Of a DNA stretch of 59,264 nucleotides, positions 27,251-36,900 are shown in pieces (the first letter of the stretch is position 1; each line of letters begins with the position of its first letter). A program made the translations under genes and the position numbers. Origin of the DNA: Candidatus Promineifilaceae bacterium (GTDB lineage Bacteria; Chloroflexota; Anaerolineae; Promineifilales; Promineifilaceae). The notes under the pieces are model-generated. The model worked only from the letters and a program-made list of their open reading frames with translations, was not told the origin of the DNA and did not search any database. Location of the stretch: NCBI GenBank assembly GCA_050301775.1, contig JBNKZT010000001.1, positions 1-59,264 of the forward strand. Direction: 5' to 3'.

Positions 27251-27482
27251 AAATCAATTGGGTGTGTTTCAAATGGGTTAAAATCAACCGTAGGGGCGAG
27301 ACAGGCGGGAAAGGCGTTGCTGGATCACCAAAACGTTTGTTCCCGCCTGTCTCGCCCGCTTGGTCAGCCATCGGGCGAGACGGTGCGGAGACAAGGTTAT
27401 CTGTTCTGTCCAACTCATATCCGCACCGTCTCGCCCCTACGATAAACCATAACTGAAATGAAACACACCCAAATCAATTGGG
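27251..27482. repeat. Nested-hairpin, MITE-like or structured-RNA element
   Basis: Outer inverted repeat TTGGGTGTGTTTCA (27258-27271) / TGAAACACACCCAA (27459-27472), with AAATCAATTGGG on both flanks. Inner hairpins are GGGGCGAGACAGGCGGGAA...TTCCCGCCTGTCTCGCCC and GGGCGAGACGGTGCGGA...TCCGCACCGTCTCGCCCCTAC. GTAGGGGCGAGAC at the 5' end also pairs with GTCTCGCCCCTAC at the 3' end. Confidence 0.6.
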
Positions 27483-27771
27483 AAAAGAGCGCAGGCAGCT
27501 TGCCTGCCCTGCGAAATGGAGTAGGGTATGAGAAAATTGGCGCATTCGGTGGAGACCGGTTATACTGCCCGGCTTTTGTTGACTGTCCCAAACCCATTTA
27601 GGAGAGACAGAAGCTTATATTTTCGGGCTAAGAGTGCGACTTGGCTCACCTGAGGAATCGTTGACAAATAATTGTTAAAAAGAAACCGATTCCTTTCAAG
27701 CAGGCGCGATTTTTAAACTTATACCATTGAATTAAAAAAGCAGCGCTTGCCCGAGTCAAGGAGACTTTATC

Positions 27772-29073
27772 TTGAATTTTGAACAATTCTCACTTGATCC
27801 GCGCCTGGAGGCCGGTATCAAGGCTGTCGGTTATACCGAACCTACCCCCATCCAACAACAAGCTATTCCCGTCGTCCTGGAAGGACGTGATGTTCTGGGC
27901 CTGGCCCAAACCGGAACCGGCAAAACGGCCGCTTTCGCCTTACCCATTTTGCAGCGATTGACCAAAGGGGCGCTGCGCCGGACACGCGTCCTCATTGTCG
28001 CCCCCACGCGGGAACTGGCTGAACAAATCCACGAAGCAATTGGTGAACTGGGTCAAAAAACCAAAGTACGCAGCGCCACTGTTTACGGCGGCGTGGGTAA
28101 AGGCCCGCAGATAGCCGCCTTAAAAAGCGGTGTCGAAATCGTCGTGGCCTGCCCGGGGCGGCTGCTCGACTTGATGGGCGAAGGGGTTGTTGACCTGTCG
28201 CAAATCGAGGTGTTGGTATTGGACGAGGCCGATCGAATGTGCGATATGGGCTTTTTGCCTGACATCCGCCGCATCCTCAAACAACTGCCGGAAAAACGGC
28301 AAACGCTTTTCTTTTCGGCAACGATGCCCGACGATACACGTGAACTGGCCGACACTATCCTCAAAAATCCGGCAACCGTGCAAATCGGGATGATCGCCCC
28401 GGCGAAGACGGTGGCCCACGCCCTGTATCCAGTCCCACAAGACCTGAAAACAGATATGATGATGGTGATGCTGGAACAGATGGCGATTGGGCGGGCGTTG
28501 ATTTTCACGCGCACCAAGTACCGGGCGCGTAATCTGGCGCGAAAACTGGAACGGCAGAAGTATCGAGTGGCGGCGCTGCAAGGCAATATGTCACAAAATC
28601 AGCGGCAGAAGGCGATTAATGGCTTCCGTGACGGCAAAGTTGATATTTTAGTAGCGACGGACATTGCGGCGCGCGGGATTGATGTGCCGGACATCTCGCA
28701 TGTGATTAATTTTGATATGCCGGACACAGTGGATGCGTACACCCACCGGATCGGCCGTACCGGTCGGGCGCTGGAAACGGGTGAAGCATTTACGTTTACT
28801 GCGCCTGATGACGAAGCAATGGTGCGTGATATTGAAAGACTGCTGGGTAAGCCGATTGAACGGCGGCGGTTGGAAGGGTTTGCTTATGGCGCTTTTAACC
28901 CGGAAGATCGTCCACGGCCGTACAGCAATGGTACGAATCAGGGCAGCAAGAACGGCTCTAACCGTAATCGCGGCCAACGAAACAGCAACCGTCAACAGTC
29001 GCCGCGCCGTTCTTCGGCCCGTTCTTCGGCCCGTTCTTCGGCCAGATCATCCCAAGTGCGCGGCAATAAATAG
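27772..29073 (+). CDS. DEAD-box ATP-dependent RNA helicase (RhlE-like) with Arg/Ser-rich tail
   Basis: Track ORF of 433 aa with a TTG start. Q-motif GYTEPTPIQ, AQTGTGKT, PTRELA, DEAD, SAT and HRIGRTGR. The tail is RRSSARSSARSSARSS. Confidence 0.93.
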   Translation: MNFEQFSLDPRLEAGIKAVGYTEPTPIQQQAIPVVLEGRDVLGLAQTGTGKTAAFALPILQRLTKGALRRTRVLIVAPTRELAEQIHEAIGELGQKTKVRSATVYGGVGKGPQIAALKSGVEIVVACPGRLLDLMGEGVVDLSQIEVLVLDEADRMCDMGFLPDIRRILKQLPEKRQTLFFSATMPDDTRELADTILKNPATVQIGMIAPAKTVAHALYPVPQDLKTDMMMVMLEQMAIGRALIFTRTKYRARNLARKLERQKYRVAALQGNMSQNQRQKAINGFRDGKVDILVATDIAARGIDVPDISHVINFDMPDTVDAYTHRIGRTGRALETGEAFTFTAPDDEAMVRDIERLLGKPIERRRLEGFAYGAFNPEDRPRPYSNGTNQGSKNGSNRNRGQRNSNRQQSPRRSSARSSARSSARSSQVRGNK

Positions 29074-29115
29074 ATCGCGGCGACTTCCCCATTTCTCGTT
29101 TCATCTGACAATATG

Positions 29116-29148
29116 GAGCGTACCGGTTCAAAACCGGTACGCTCTTTT
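29116..29148 (+). terminator. Intrinsic terminator of the helicase gene
   Basis: A perfect 13-bp stem GAGCGTACCGGTT caaa AACCGGTACGCTC followed by TTTT. Confidence 0.8.
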
Positions 29149-29223
29149 GCCTTGCCGGTAAACCTTTGTGTATAATGTGGCCACACGACAACAGAACATA
29201 AAGTCGTGTAACGGGTAATTTTT

Positions 29224-30195
29224 ATGAATAGATCTTATTTTTTTGTGATTGGTTTGTTGGTGGTTGGTTTGTTGGGTACGGCCTGTGCTGAACAGGATGG
29301 ACCGGAAATTGTGCCGACAACGGCCGTTTCTGCCCCCACCATTCCCCCGACCGCAGCCATTATTCCCACGCCGACTGCCATCCCACCGACGCCAACGCCC
29401 ACCGAACCAATGGCGGCGCTGGTCAACAACCAACCCATTTTCCTGGCCGAGTATGAACAGGAGTTGGCCCGATACGAGCAAGCCCTGTTAGAAATGGGCA
29501 GCACGCCCGACGCGGATGGTGTCAATTACCGGGCACAGGTATTGGATGTATTGATTGAAAAAGAGCTGATTGTCCAGGCCGCGACCCAACGGGGTATCAC
29601 GATAGGAGCCGAAACAGTTAACGCCAAATTGGCTGAACTGGAAAGCGCTGCCGGTGAAACAGGCAATTTCGATGCCTGGTTGTCAGCCAACCAGTGGACA
29701 CGGGAACAGTTCCAAATCGCATTGGCCGAAGAAATGTTGACAGAAGCTGTTGTGGCTGATGTGACTGCCGCCGTGCCGACCACAGCCGAACAGGTCTGGG
29801 CGCGCTACCTGCAAGTTGATGACCTGGCGCTGGCCGAGAGTCTTTTACAACAAATCCAGGCGGGCGCTGACTTTGGCACATTGGCCAACCAATATTCATT
29901 AGATCGTATCACGGCCGAAAACGGTGGCGACCTGGATTATTTTGCGCGGGGTTCATTGTTGATAACGGCCGTAGAAGAAGCAGCCTTTGCTCTCCAACCC
30001 GGAGAAATAAGTGCCGTCATTACCGATACCGGTCTGGATGGTGTCCCCACCTATTATTTGGTACAAACACTGGAGCGGGATCCGGAACGGCCGTTAAAAG
30101 CCAATATGCGGTATACTATGTTACAACAAGCCTTTGAAACGTGGCTGGACGGGTTGTGGCAGTCAGCTGACATTACCCGGTTGATTGAATCGTAA
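29224..30195 (+). CDS. Secreted parvulin-type peptidyl-prolyl isomerase (SurA/PrsA-like)
   Basis: Track ORF of 323 aa. Signal/lipobox-like LLGTAC, a Pro/Thr linker, a SurA-N-like helical part, and a PpiC region ADFGTLANQYSLDRITAENGGDLDYFARGSLLITAVEEAAFALQPGEISAVI. Confidence 0.85.
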   Translation: MNRSYFFVIGLLVVGLLGTACAEQDGPEIVPTTAVSAPTIPPTAAIIPTPTAIPPTPTPTEPMAALVNNQPIFLAEYEQELARYEQALLEMGSTPDADGVNYRAQVLDVLIEKELIVQAATQRGITIGAETVNAKLAELESAAGETGNFDAWLSANQWTREQFQIALAEEMLTEAVVADVTAAVPTTAEQVWARYLQVDDLALAESLLQQIQAGADFGTLANQYSLDRITAENGGDLDYFARGSLLITAVEEAAFALQPGEISAVITDTGLDGVPTYYLVQTLERDPERPLKANMRYTMLQQAFETWLDGLWQSADITRLIES

Positions 30196-30201
30196 GAGAA
30201 A

Positions 30202-31026
30202 GTGAGGGGAAACGTGGACAGAAAAAAACGCCGTGGCTGCGGCTCGATTATCCAAAATGTCGTTGCTATTCTGTTTCTTTTAGTCGCTTTGCTGGTGGTG
30301 GCCGGATTCGTGGCTGTCTTTTTCATGCCCGATTTGCTGGAACTGACTCCCTTGGCCGGGCTGGTACGGACAGAAGATACAACCAACCCAGCAGATGCAC
30401 CGACAGCGGCCGTTGCCGCCGTTGTGCCCTCCCTGACGCCAACCAATACGCCCAATTCGCTGCTGCCCACCTGGACGCCTAAATCTGAGGTTCCAACTCC
30501 GGAACCACTGCCCACCAATACGCGGAAACCGACTTTAGAGCCGTCCATCACGCCGACGCTTCCAACCAAAACACCCACACCGACCGCAACAAACACCCCA
30601 ACCAGCACCCCCACAGAAACCCCGATTGGCCCAACGCCTACAGCAAGTCCGACAAAATCGGCCTTCCCCTTTACAAAATCTGATACCAGCCCATTTTATT
30701 TGCGGAATTTCGCCAACAATGCCGGGTGTGATTGGATGGGAATTGCCGGGGAAGTATTAGATTTAAACCGTAATCCGGTGGCAGGTGGCAGTTATCAGGT
30801 GCATGTGTGGGGCAGTGGAATTGATGCCCGCTTGTCCGTGGGGTCGGCCCCCGCCTACAGCCCGTCCGGTTGGGAGCAGTTCCTGTTTGATTCGCCGGTT
30901 GTTCGCGATTATTCGGTGCAGTTAGAGTCGAGCAGCGGCACGGCCGTTTCCGAGGCTTATCGCGTCCAATCCCGCGCCAGCTGTAACCAAAACCTGGTAC
31001 GTTTCGATTTTATCCAAAATCACTAA
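30202..31026 (+). CDS. Membrane-anchored protein with a long Pro/Thr-rich linker and an uncharacterised C-terminal domain
   Basis: Track ORF of 274 aa (GTG start; GTG 30214 is also possible). TM AILFLLVALLVVAGFVAVFF, a PT-rich stretch of about 100 aa, and a C-terminal domain of about 110 aa with 2 Cys (NAGCDWMGIAGEVLD...SRASCNQNLVRFDF). Confidence 0.7.
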   Translation: MRGNVDRKKRRGCGSIIQNVVAILFLLVALLVVAGFVAVFFMPDLLELTPLAGLVRTEDTTNPADAPTAAVAAVVPSLTPTNTPNSLLPTWTPKSEVPTPEPLPTNTRKPTLEPSITPTLPTKTPTPTATNTPTSTPTETPIGPTPTASPTKSAFPFTKSDTSPFYLRNFANNAGCDWMGIAGEVLDLNRNPVAGGSYQVHVWGSGIDARLSVGSAPAYSPSGWEQFLFDSPVVRDYSVQLESSSGTAVSEAYRVQSRASCNQNLVRFDFIQNH

Positions 31027-31028
31027 CA

Positions 31029-31420
31029 GATTGGTCAGAGGATACGACCCCATTTTCCACATTCACCACTACTGTCACTCCCCTCACAGCCAGCCACCCG
31101 TTCACCTACACCTGGCAGGCGACTGGGCAGCTAACAGTTGTCCAAACCGGAGGCATCACTGATATTGTCGTTTATTCCTGGCCAAACACTAGTACTGCTT
31201 TCCATAAGTCCGCATAAGGTTTGTAGTGCCCATTTTAGTGGGTCGCCCGGCTAAAGTCGTTACTACAAACCTGATAAGGATTTACGAAAACGTGTACTAG
31301 AACAAAAACCATCACGGTGACGGTGGAAAATGAGGTGGACGGGCGGTGACGACGCCCCATACCGTTGATGTGGAGCCACTTCGGGTTTGTTTGCCGGTAG
31401 TATTGGAGGAGGAGTGGGGG
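31029..31420 (+). pseudogene. Relic of the 3' end of a P2-like paralog (PKD-like domain + CLPVV tail), disrupted by a ~104-bp insertion and a 1-nt deletion
   Basis: Own translation: DWSEDTTPFSTFTTTVTPLTASHPFTYTWQATGQLTVVQTGGITDIVVYSWPNTS.. then ..TKTITVTVENEVDG(frameshift)VTTPHTVDVEPLRVCLPVVLEEE. It aligns at DNA level to 36960-37228 of the intact gene. GGGCGGTGACG here versus GGGCCGGTGACG there gives the frameshift. Confidence 0.75.
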
Positions 31421-31516
31421 GGGGAACGGCCGTTGCACCCCCAATAAAAACTAAAGAGCAATCGTAAGCGAGGCAATTTACACTTTCACTACAGCAATAA
31501 ATAGAAGGAGAATGCA

Positions 31517-33844
31517 ATGAAGACACGGGGAGCCTCATGGGCCATTACAATTGGGTTTAGCCTGACCTTTTTAACTCTATTCATTTTGACCACCGTCGGC
31601 CAGTTAACGGCCGCGCCAACCGAAATGCCGGCCGCCGTCGCCGGTGGACTATACGCCAACCGGCGCAGTGATGGCGTCATCAAAACGTCCACCCAGGGCA
31701 TTCACGGGCCTAAAACGTGTACCGATTTCGGCGATCCTTATTCGCCCCTCAACAGCGTCTGGGCGCCCGGCCTTTACACCTACACCTACCGCATCCGCAT
31801 TCCCGATAACTATCCATCGGACATTATCCGGGTGGAACTGTTTGATCCCGACACGATCAACAATGCTGTGGCCAGTACAATCATTACGCATACGGATACG
31901 GCCGTTGCCAACGGCCTGCCCATTACCCAAACGTTAAGCTGCCTTCCCAACGACCAGAAGGATGCCTGTCTGGTGGATACTGGCGAAAATCTCCTGGTTG
32001 GAGTAGATCAGGAGCAAATCAATCCTTTTTGGATAGTCCGCGTTGATGAAAATCGGGGTTACGGCCCCGATGACGGGAATGGCGTGTGTGGCCAACCCAC
32101 TTATTATACGCCGGTCTACAACACCCAAACCGCCTACAAACTGTATTACCAGGCCGATGCCGGTGGTGGCATAACCCAGACCGTCAACCTAGCCACCTAT
32201 ACCGGCCAAGTTGACGATGGTGTGCGCGACTCTGGCGAGCACCAGACTGATTTGCGCTGGGTCTCACCGGGTGCAGCCGCCAATTATGACCAATTGGCCG
32301 CTGCCCCCACCGACTGCGGCAGTCCCAATGGCGGCGATTATGACCCCGTTGCTTGCCCCGGCGGCACGGCCGCCGGTTCCGGCAGTGGGTTTGAAGTCAG
32401 TATCTCCCAGGATTTGGCCAACATCGCCGCCGATCCGGTTACGGGCGAGCGTTATTTGTATCTGGCCGTCGCTACAATTAATGGTGCGTCAGAAAATGTA
32501 TTCGAATTATGGGCCGGACCGCCCGATTATGTGGCTACTATCGCCGGCGAAGTTAATCAACGCAATCTACAAATCTACAACAATCCCGGCAGCCATAACT
32601 CAGATGGGATAATCATCTTTACGGATAAATATCTACCGCAAAATACGATGACGGATACTCTGGTTGACAGCCCCTTGATGTATGTAGGCCCGGAATATGC
32701 CGGTGCGGAAATTTATATTACCCACTTTGATTTCGACGCCGGTACACAACCACCCATCACCTTTTCGCTGGCCTCGCTGGCCCTGACTGATTGGTCGATG
32801 ACCTTTGGCCTGCCAGGCGTGGATGACCCCGATGGCGTGGCCGCCGGCGTGCGCTGCCTGCCCGGCCTCTGTAACAACCAGTGGGTAACTCCAGCCTATA
32901 CCCTCACCCTGCCGGGCGATTTGAGTCAGTGTGATTGGCTCAATCCCAATCCGGCCGACTGCACGCCCTTTTACGGCGGGCGGTTGATGGCCCGCTATTA
33001 TGGAGGCAGCTACGGCAACACCTTTGGCTGGCAGGTAACGTTGTCGGAACCGGTTGCCGCACCTTTGCAGGGATGTGCCGCTTTCCCCATCGCCGTCCAG
33101 GATGAGATTCGTTCGGTAACGGCCGTAACCGGCCCCAATCCCTATCCCAACCTGACCGACTTTATCTATCCGGCCGACCCGCCAGCCTATGACAGATTTA
33201 TGTCCCATTCAGCGGACATTCCTTTAGCGGCGGCCGAGCCGGGTCATGTATTCAAATTGGTTGGCGAGGGATTTAGCGTAGGTAATTATGGCTGGCTGGT
33301 ATGGAACGCGGGACGGCCGTTCACCGCCGATACGTTAGCCGCCAGCCTGACCTGGCCGGGCGACAGCCTGGACTATGCCGATCATAGTGACGCGGGTACG
33401 GCCGTTGGCAGTTTTTCGCATGTTGTTCGCGGTTATGTTAACCCCATCAACCCCGCTGACGTGACGCTCAACACCCAGAATCCGGTATTGGCCAGCCCGG
33501 CGACGATTCATGATGGACCGGTGCAAACGGCCGTTAACACGCTCATTGACTCCAACCGGCTGTTACGGCTGCCTTTATGGAATACGGGGGATGGGGGGAA
33601 CGGCCGTTACACCATCAGCAGCTTTGCCATCTTCCGCATCGTCGGCTACGGCACGACTGCTGGGGAGGGGGACTGGCTGCTGCTGGAGTTTGTCGGCCAG
33701 GATACGTCGTGCGGTCAACAGTTACCCACCAGCGTCAGGCTGCATGAGGTCGCGGCCGGCGGCTCGCCAGGGTTTATGCCGGCAGTGACGGCGGCATTCC
33801 TGCTACTGACTGGTTTGGGTTTAGTGATGTGGCGGAGAAGGTAG
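31517..33844 (+). CDS. P1: large secreted Cys-rich protein of unknown function (shared module A + module B), PGF-motif/TM/RRR C-terminal anchor
   Basis: Track ORF of 775 aa. GAAGGAG lies 6 nt upstream of the ATG. N-terminal TM/signal. Motifs shared with P2/P3: GP..C..FGDP(Y/F)SP.NS.WA, Y(T/H)YRI.IP..YPSD..RVE.FDPD.IN, INPFW.VR.DENRG, GNG.CG.P, H.TD..W.SPG, G.SEN.F.LWAGP, RC.PG.C...W, CTPFYGG. Module B motifs: GC.AFPIA, GN(Y/F)GWL.WN, SLTWPGDSLDY, LRLP.W, GFA.FR. Tail: SPGFMPAVTAAFLLLTGLGLVMWRRR. Confidence 0.85.
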   Translation: MKTRGASWAITIGFSLTFLTLFILTTVGQLTAAPTEMPAAVAGGLYANRRSDGVIKTSTQGIHGPKTCTDFGDPYSPLNSVWAPGLYTYTYRIRIPDNYPSDIIRVELFDPDTINNAVASTIITHTDTAVANGLPITQTLSCLPNDQKDACLVDTGENLLVGVDQEQINPFWIVRVDENRGYGPDDGNGVCGQPTYYTPVYNTQTAYKLYYQADAGGGITQTVNLATYTGQVDDGVRDSGEHQTDLRWVSPGAAANYDQLAAAPTDCGSPNGGDYDPVACPGGTAAGSGSGFEVSISQDLANIAADPVTGERYLYLAVATINGASENVFELWAGPPDYVATIAGEVNQRNLQIYNNPGSHNSDGIIIFTDKYLPQNTMTDTLVDSPLMYVGPEYAGAEIYITHFDFDAGTQPPITFSLASLALTDWSMTFGLPGVDDPDGVAAGVRCLPGLCNNQWVTPAYTLTLPGDLSQCDWLNPNPADCTPFYGGRLMARYYGGSYGNTFGWQVTLSEPVAAPLQGCAAFPIAVQDEIRSVTAVTGPNPYPNLTDFIYPADPPAYDRFMSHSADIPLAAAEPGHVFKLVGEGFSVGNYGWLVWNAGRPFTADTLAASLTWPGDSLDYADHSDAGTAVGSFSHVVRGYVNPINPADVTLNTQNPVLASPATIHDGPVQTAVNTLIDSNRLLRLPLWNTGDGGNGRYTISSFAIFRIVGYGTTAGEGDWLLLEFVGQDTSCGQQLPTSVRLHEVAAGGSPGFMPAVTAAFLLLTGLGLVMWRRR

Positions 33845-33904
33845 AGAGGGAAGGCAACTGTTACCCCGCCACCCAAATTTCTATTTACAATTGTGGAGGA
33901 AGCC

Positions 33905-36900
33905 ATGAAAAAACGTGCCGTGTTGGCCATTTTGCTTGTCAATATTGTTTCAGTTTTGATTATTTTGCAGGTTAACCAGGCGGCGGCGACGGTAACGGCC
34001 GTGCAGCCCGCCGATGTTTATATCGGACGTAGAACGTCAACCGGCATCATTAATACGTCAAACTTGTCCATTTTTGGCCCCAATATTTGTATCTATTACG
34101 GCGACCCATTCTCGCCCTGGAACAGCCCCTGGGCGCCTAACTCTTACACCTACCATTACCGCATCCTCATTCCGTCCGATTATCCTTCCGATGTCCTGCG
34201 CGTGGAACTGTTCGACCCCGATTCTATAAACCAGGCGACCAATACCCATGCTATTAGCTATTCAGCCAATGCCCACGCTCTCGATCCAGTGAGTTTCCCA
34301 CTGGGGACCGTCAATAAAAATTGCAGTAGCTCAGATCGTAGGAACGCTTGCTTGATAAGCACCGGCGAAATGAGTCTAGTCGATCCTACGGGTGCCCCAC
34401 CGGTATTGTTGGACCAGATAAATCCATTTTGGTTTGTGCGTATAGATGAAAATCGTGGTGCTGGAGCTGCTCCTGGTAATGGGCTTTGTGGCATGCCCGG
34501 TTATTATAATCCTGCTTTTAACACATCAACCCTTTACGAACTGTTTTACTACACTCAAAACTCCGATGGCTCAACGACCAGGACTCCCCTGGCAAACTAC
34601 ACTGGTCAAACAGGTGATAATATTCGTGATGATGGAAGCCATTTGACCGACATGCATTGGGTTTCGCCCGGCGGCACTCAAATCTACGACCAACCGGCTG
34701 CCGTACCGGTTGATCCTGGTTCGTCCAGCGATTTTGAATTGAGCATTGCTCAAGACCTTCCCGGCATTGTCACCGACCCAGCGACTGGCGATCGGTATGT
34801 TTACCTGGACATCACCACCTTGAGCGGTGCTTCGGAGAATGGCTTCGATATTTGGGCCGGGCCGCTTTATCCAGATGTTTCCAGTGATGTAAATATTCGT
34901 AATATTCGGGTTCTCAACAGCCCTTCCAGCCACAACGCCAAAGGCGTGGTCGTATCCGCTTTAGAGTACAATCTCGTCAACTCTAATTACAGCAACGTGA
35001 TTGACATTCCCTTGACTTACGTTAATGCAGATCAGGCTGGGCAGCCCGTTTATGTATCCTTGTTCGATACCGATTCTGGTGCAGAGCCTCCTATCATTTT
35101 TTACCTGGATACGGTGCCTGAATCGGATTGGTCACTTACTTTTGGCGCTGGCGATCCTGATCCGGATGGGGTTAGCGGCCGTTGCAAGCCCGGTTTCTGT
35201 GACGGCAAATGGGTCGATCCGCTTTACCAAATTCAAATGCCGGACTTGACGAGCGCCTGCGACCTGGCCAATCCTGATTCACAGATTTGCACCCCATTTT
35301 ACGGCGGCCGCCTCATGGCTCATTATATCGGTGGGGTTGGCGACACGTACGCCTGGCAGGTCAACGCCGAAGAAGGTCAGCCTGATCCAACGGCCGGCTG
35401 CTCCGCTTTTCCCATTGCCATCAGCAAATTTGTTCGCTCCGTATCACCACCCGGTTCAGGGGCTAACCCTTATCCTGATGCCAATGATTTTGATTATCCC
35501 GACGGTAAAGACGCACCCGAACCACCGGAGTATATTGATTTTCCAAACCATATACCTGATGTGCCCTTGCTCCAGGCCAAGGAAGGCTCTGTTTTTCTGG
35601 TTAGAGCAGGGACTCAGCCGGGCAATTTTGGCTGGCTGCTGTGGAACAATATCTACCAGACAGGCAGTGCTGCTACTTTAAGTCGAAGTTTAACCTGGCC
35701 TGGTGACAGTCTTGACTATCCTTTTAATGGTTATTACGAACCAGGCGATCCGACGGACATGTCGCTGGGTATTGATGACTGGGTGGCTAGCAATGATGGT
35801 AATGTCAACTCAATGGATGTTCTCCAGGCATTGAATGAACACATTGATCTGGGACGCGTTCTCCGGCTGCCTATTTGGGATTATTCTACTCAAGTTACCG
35901 GAGATACTATGTACCAGATGAGCGGATTCGCCTTGTTCCGTTTGCAGGGCTACAACATCAGTCAAAACTGGCTGCTGCTGGAGTTTATTGGCTGGGATGA
36001 CTCTTGTGGCCAGGAAACAGTCTATTCAGAGAGCGTCACGATTGACGGTCCGGTAACAGGGCTGGTGAATACATCCCATACATTTACGGCGACGGTCAGC
36101 CCTATTACAACGACGCTGCCGTTATCGTACACTTGGGAAGCAACCGATCATGCACCTGTTACGCACAGCAGCGGTTTGACCGATGTCATTTCCTACACCT
36201 GGTCGATTACGGGCACTAAAACTATTACGGTTTCTACCCGATATGGCGTTGTTGATACACATACGATCACGATTGACCCGGCGCTGGCCGATTTGACGAT
36301 TGGGGATTTGACGCTGCTCTCCCCGTTGCCTATTGCCGCCAATGAGCCGGTGGACTTTCAGGTAACCATTAGCAACACCGGTGACGTGGCCACCAATCAG
36401 ACATTTTTCGTTGATGTGTTCCTGGACCCCACGGAAGTGTATTCGACCAGTATCCCCCTCAACCAGAGTTCTGGTTACGTGGCGGTTGGTTCGTTGGGCG
36501 CACATGCCAGCCGGGTGATCACGATGACGACAGCCGGCTTTGCTACCGAACCAGACCCGCATCAGGTGTATGCGATGGTGGACTCGGTGCGGCAGGTGAG
36601 CGAAGGGAATGAAGCGAATAACATTGTCGGGCCTTTAGTTGTCAATGACGTGGGCGTACCACTACACTCAATTACACTGCTGCCTAACTGTGGCACTGGT
36701 CCTGACGTGCAGTTTACGGTGATGGGTTTTAACTGGCCGCAAAATACGGATGTTCACTTATACTGGGACTATATGCTTCAAAGCATAATCCAGACAGGGG
36801 GCCTCACCTCTTTTTCACAGACCTGGCAAAAATTTGGGCTATCGGATGGGAGTTATACCTTAACTGCGGTCGCAAATGGTCATACGGCAACGGCCGTATT

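Noticed and set aside
29116-29148. TACCGGTTCAAAACCGGTA looked like a tRNA T-arm (TTCAAAA loop)
   Set aside because: The flanking GAGCGT/ACGCTC simply extend the same helix to 13 bp and are followed by TTTT. There is no acceptor, D or anticodon arm upstream. It is an intrinsic terminator, not a tRNA.
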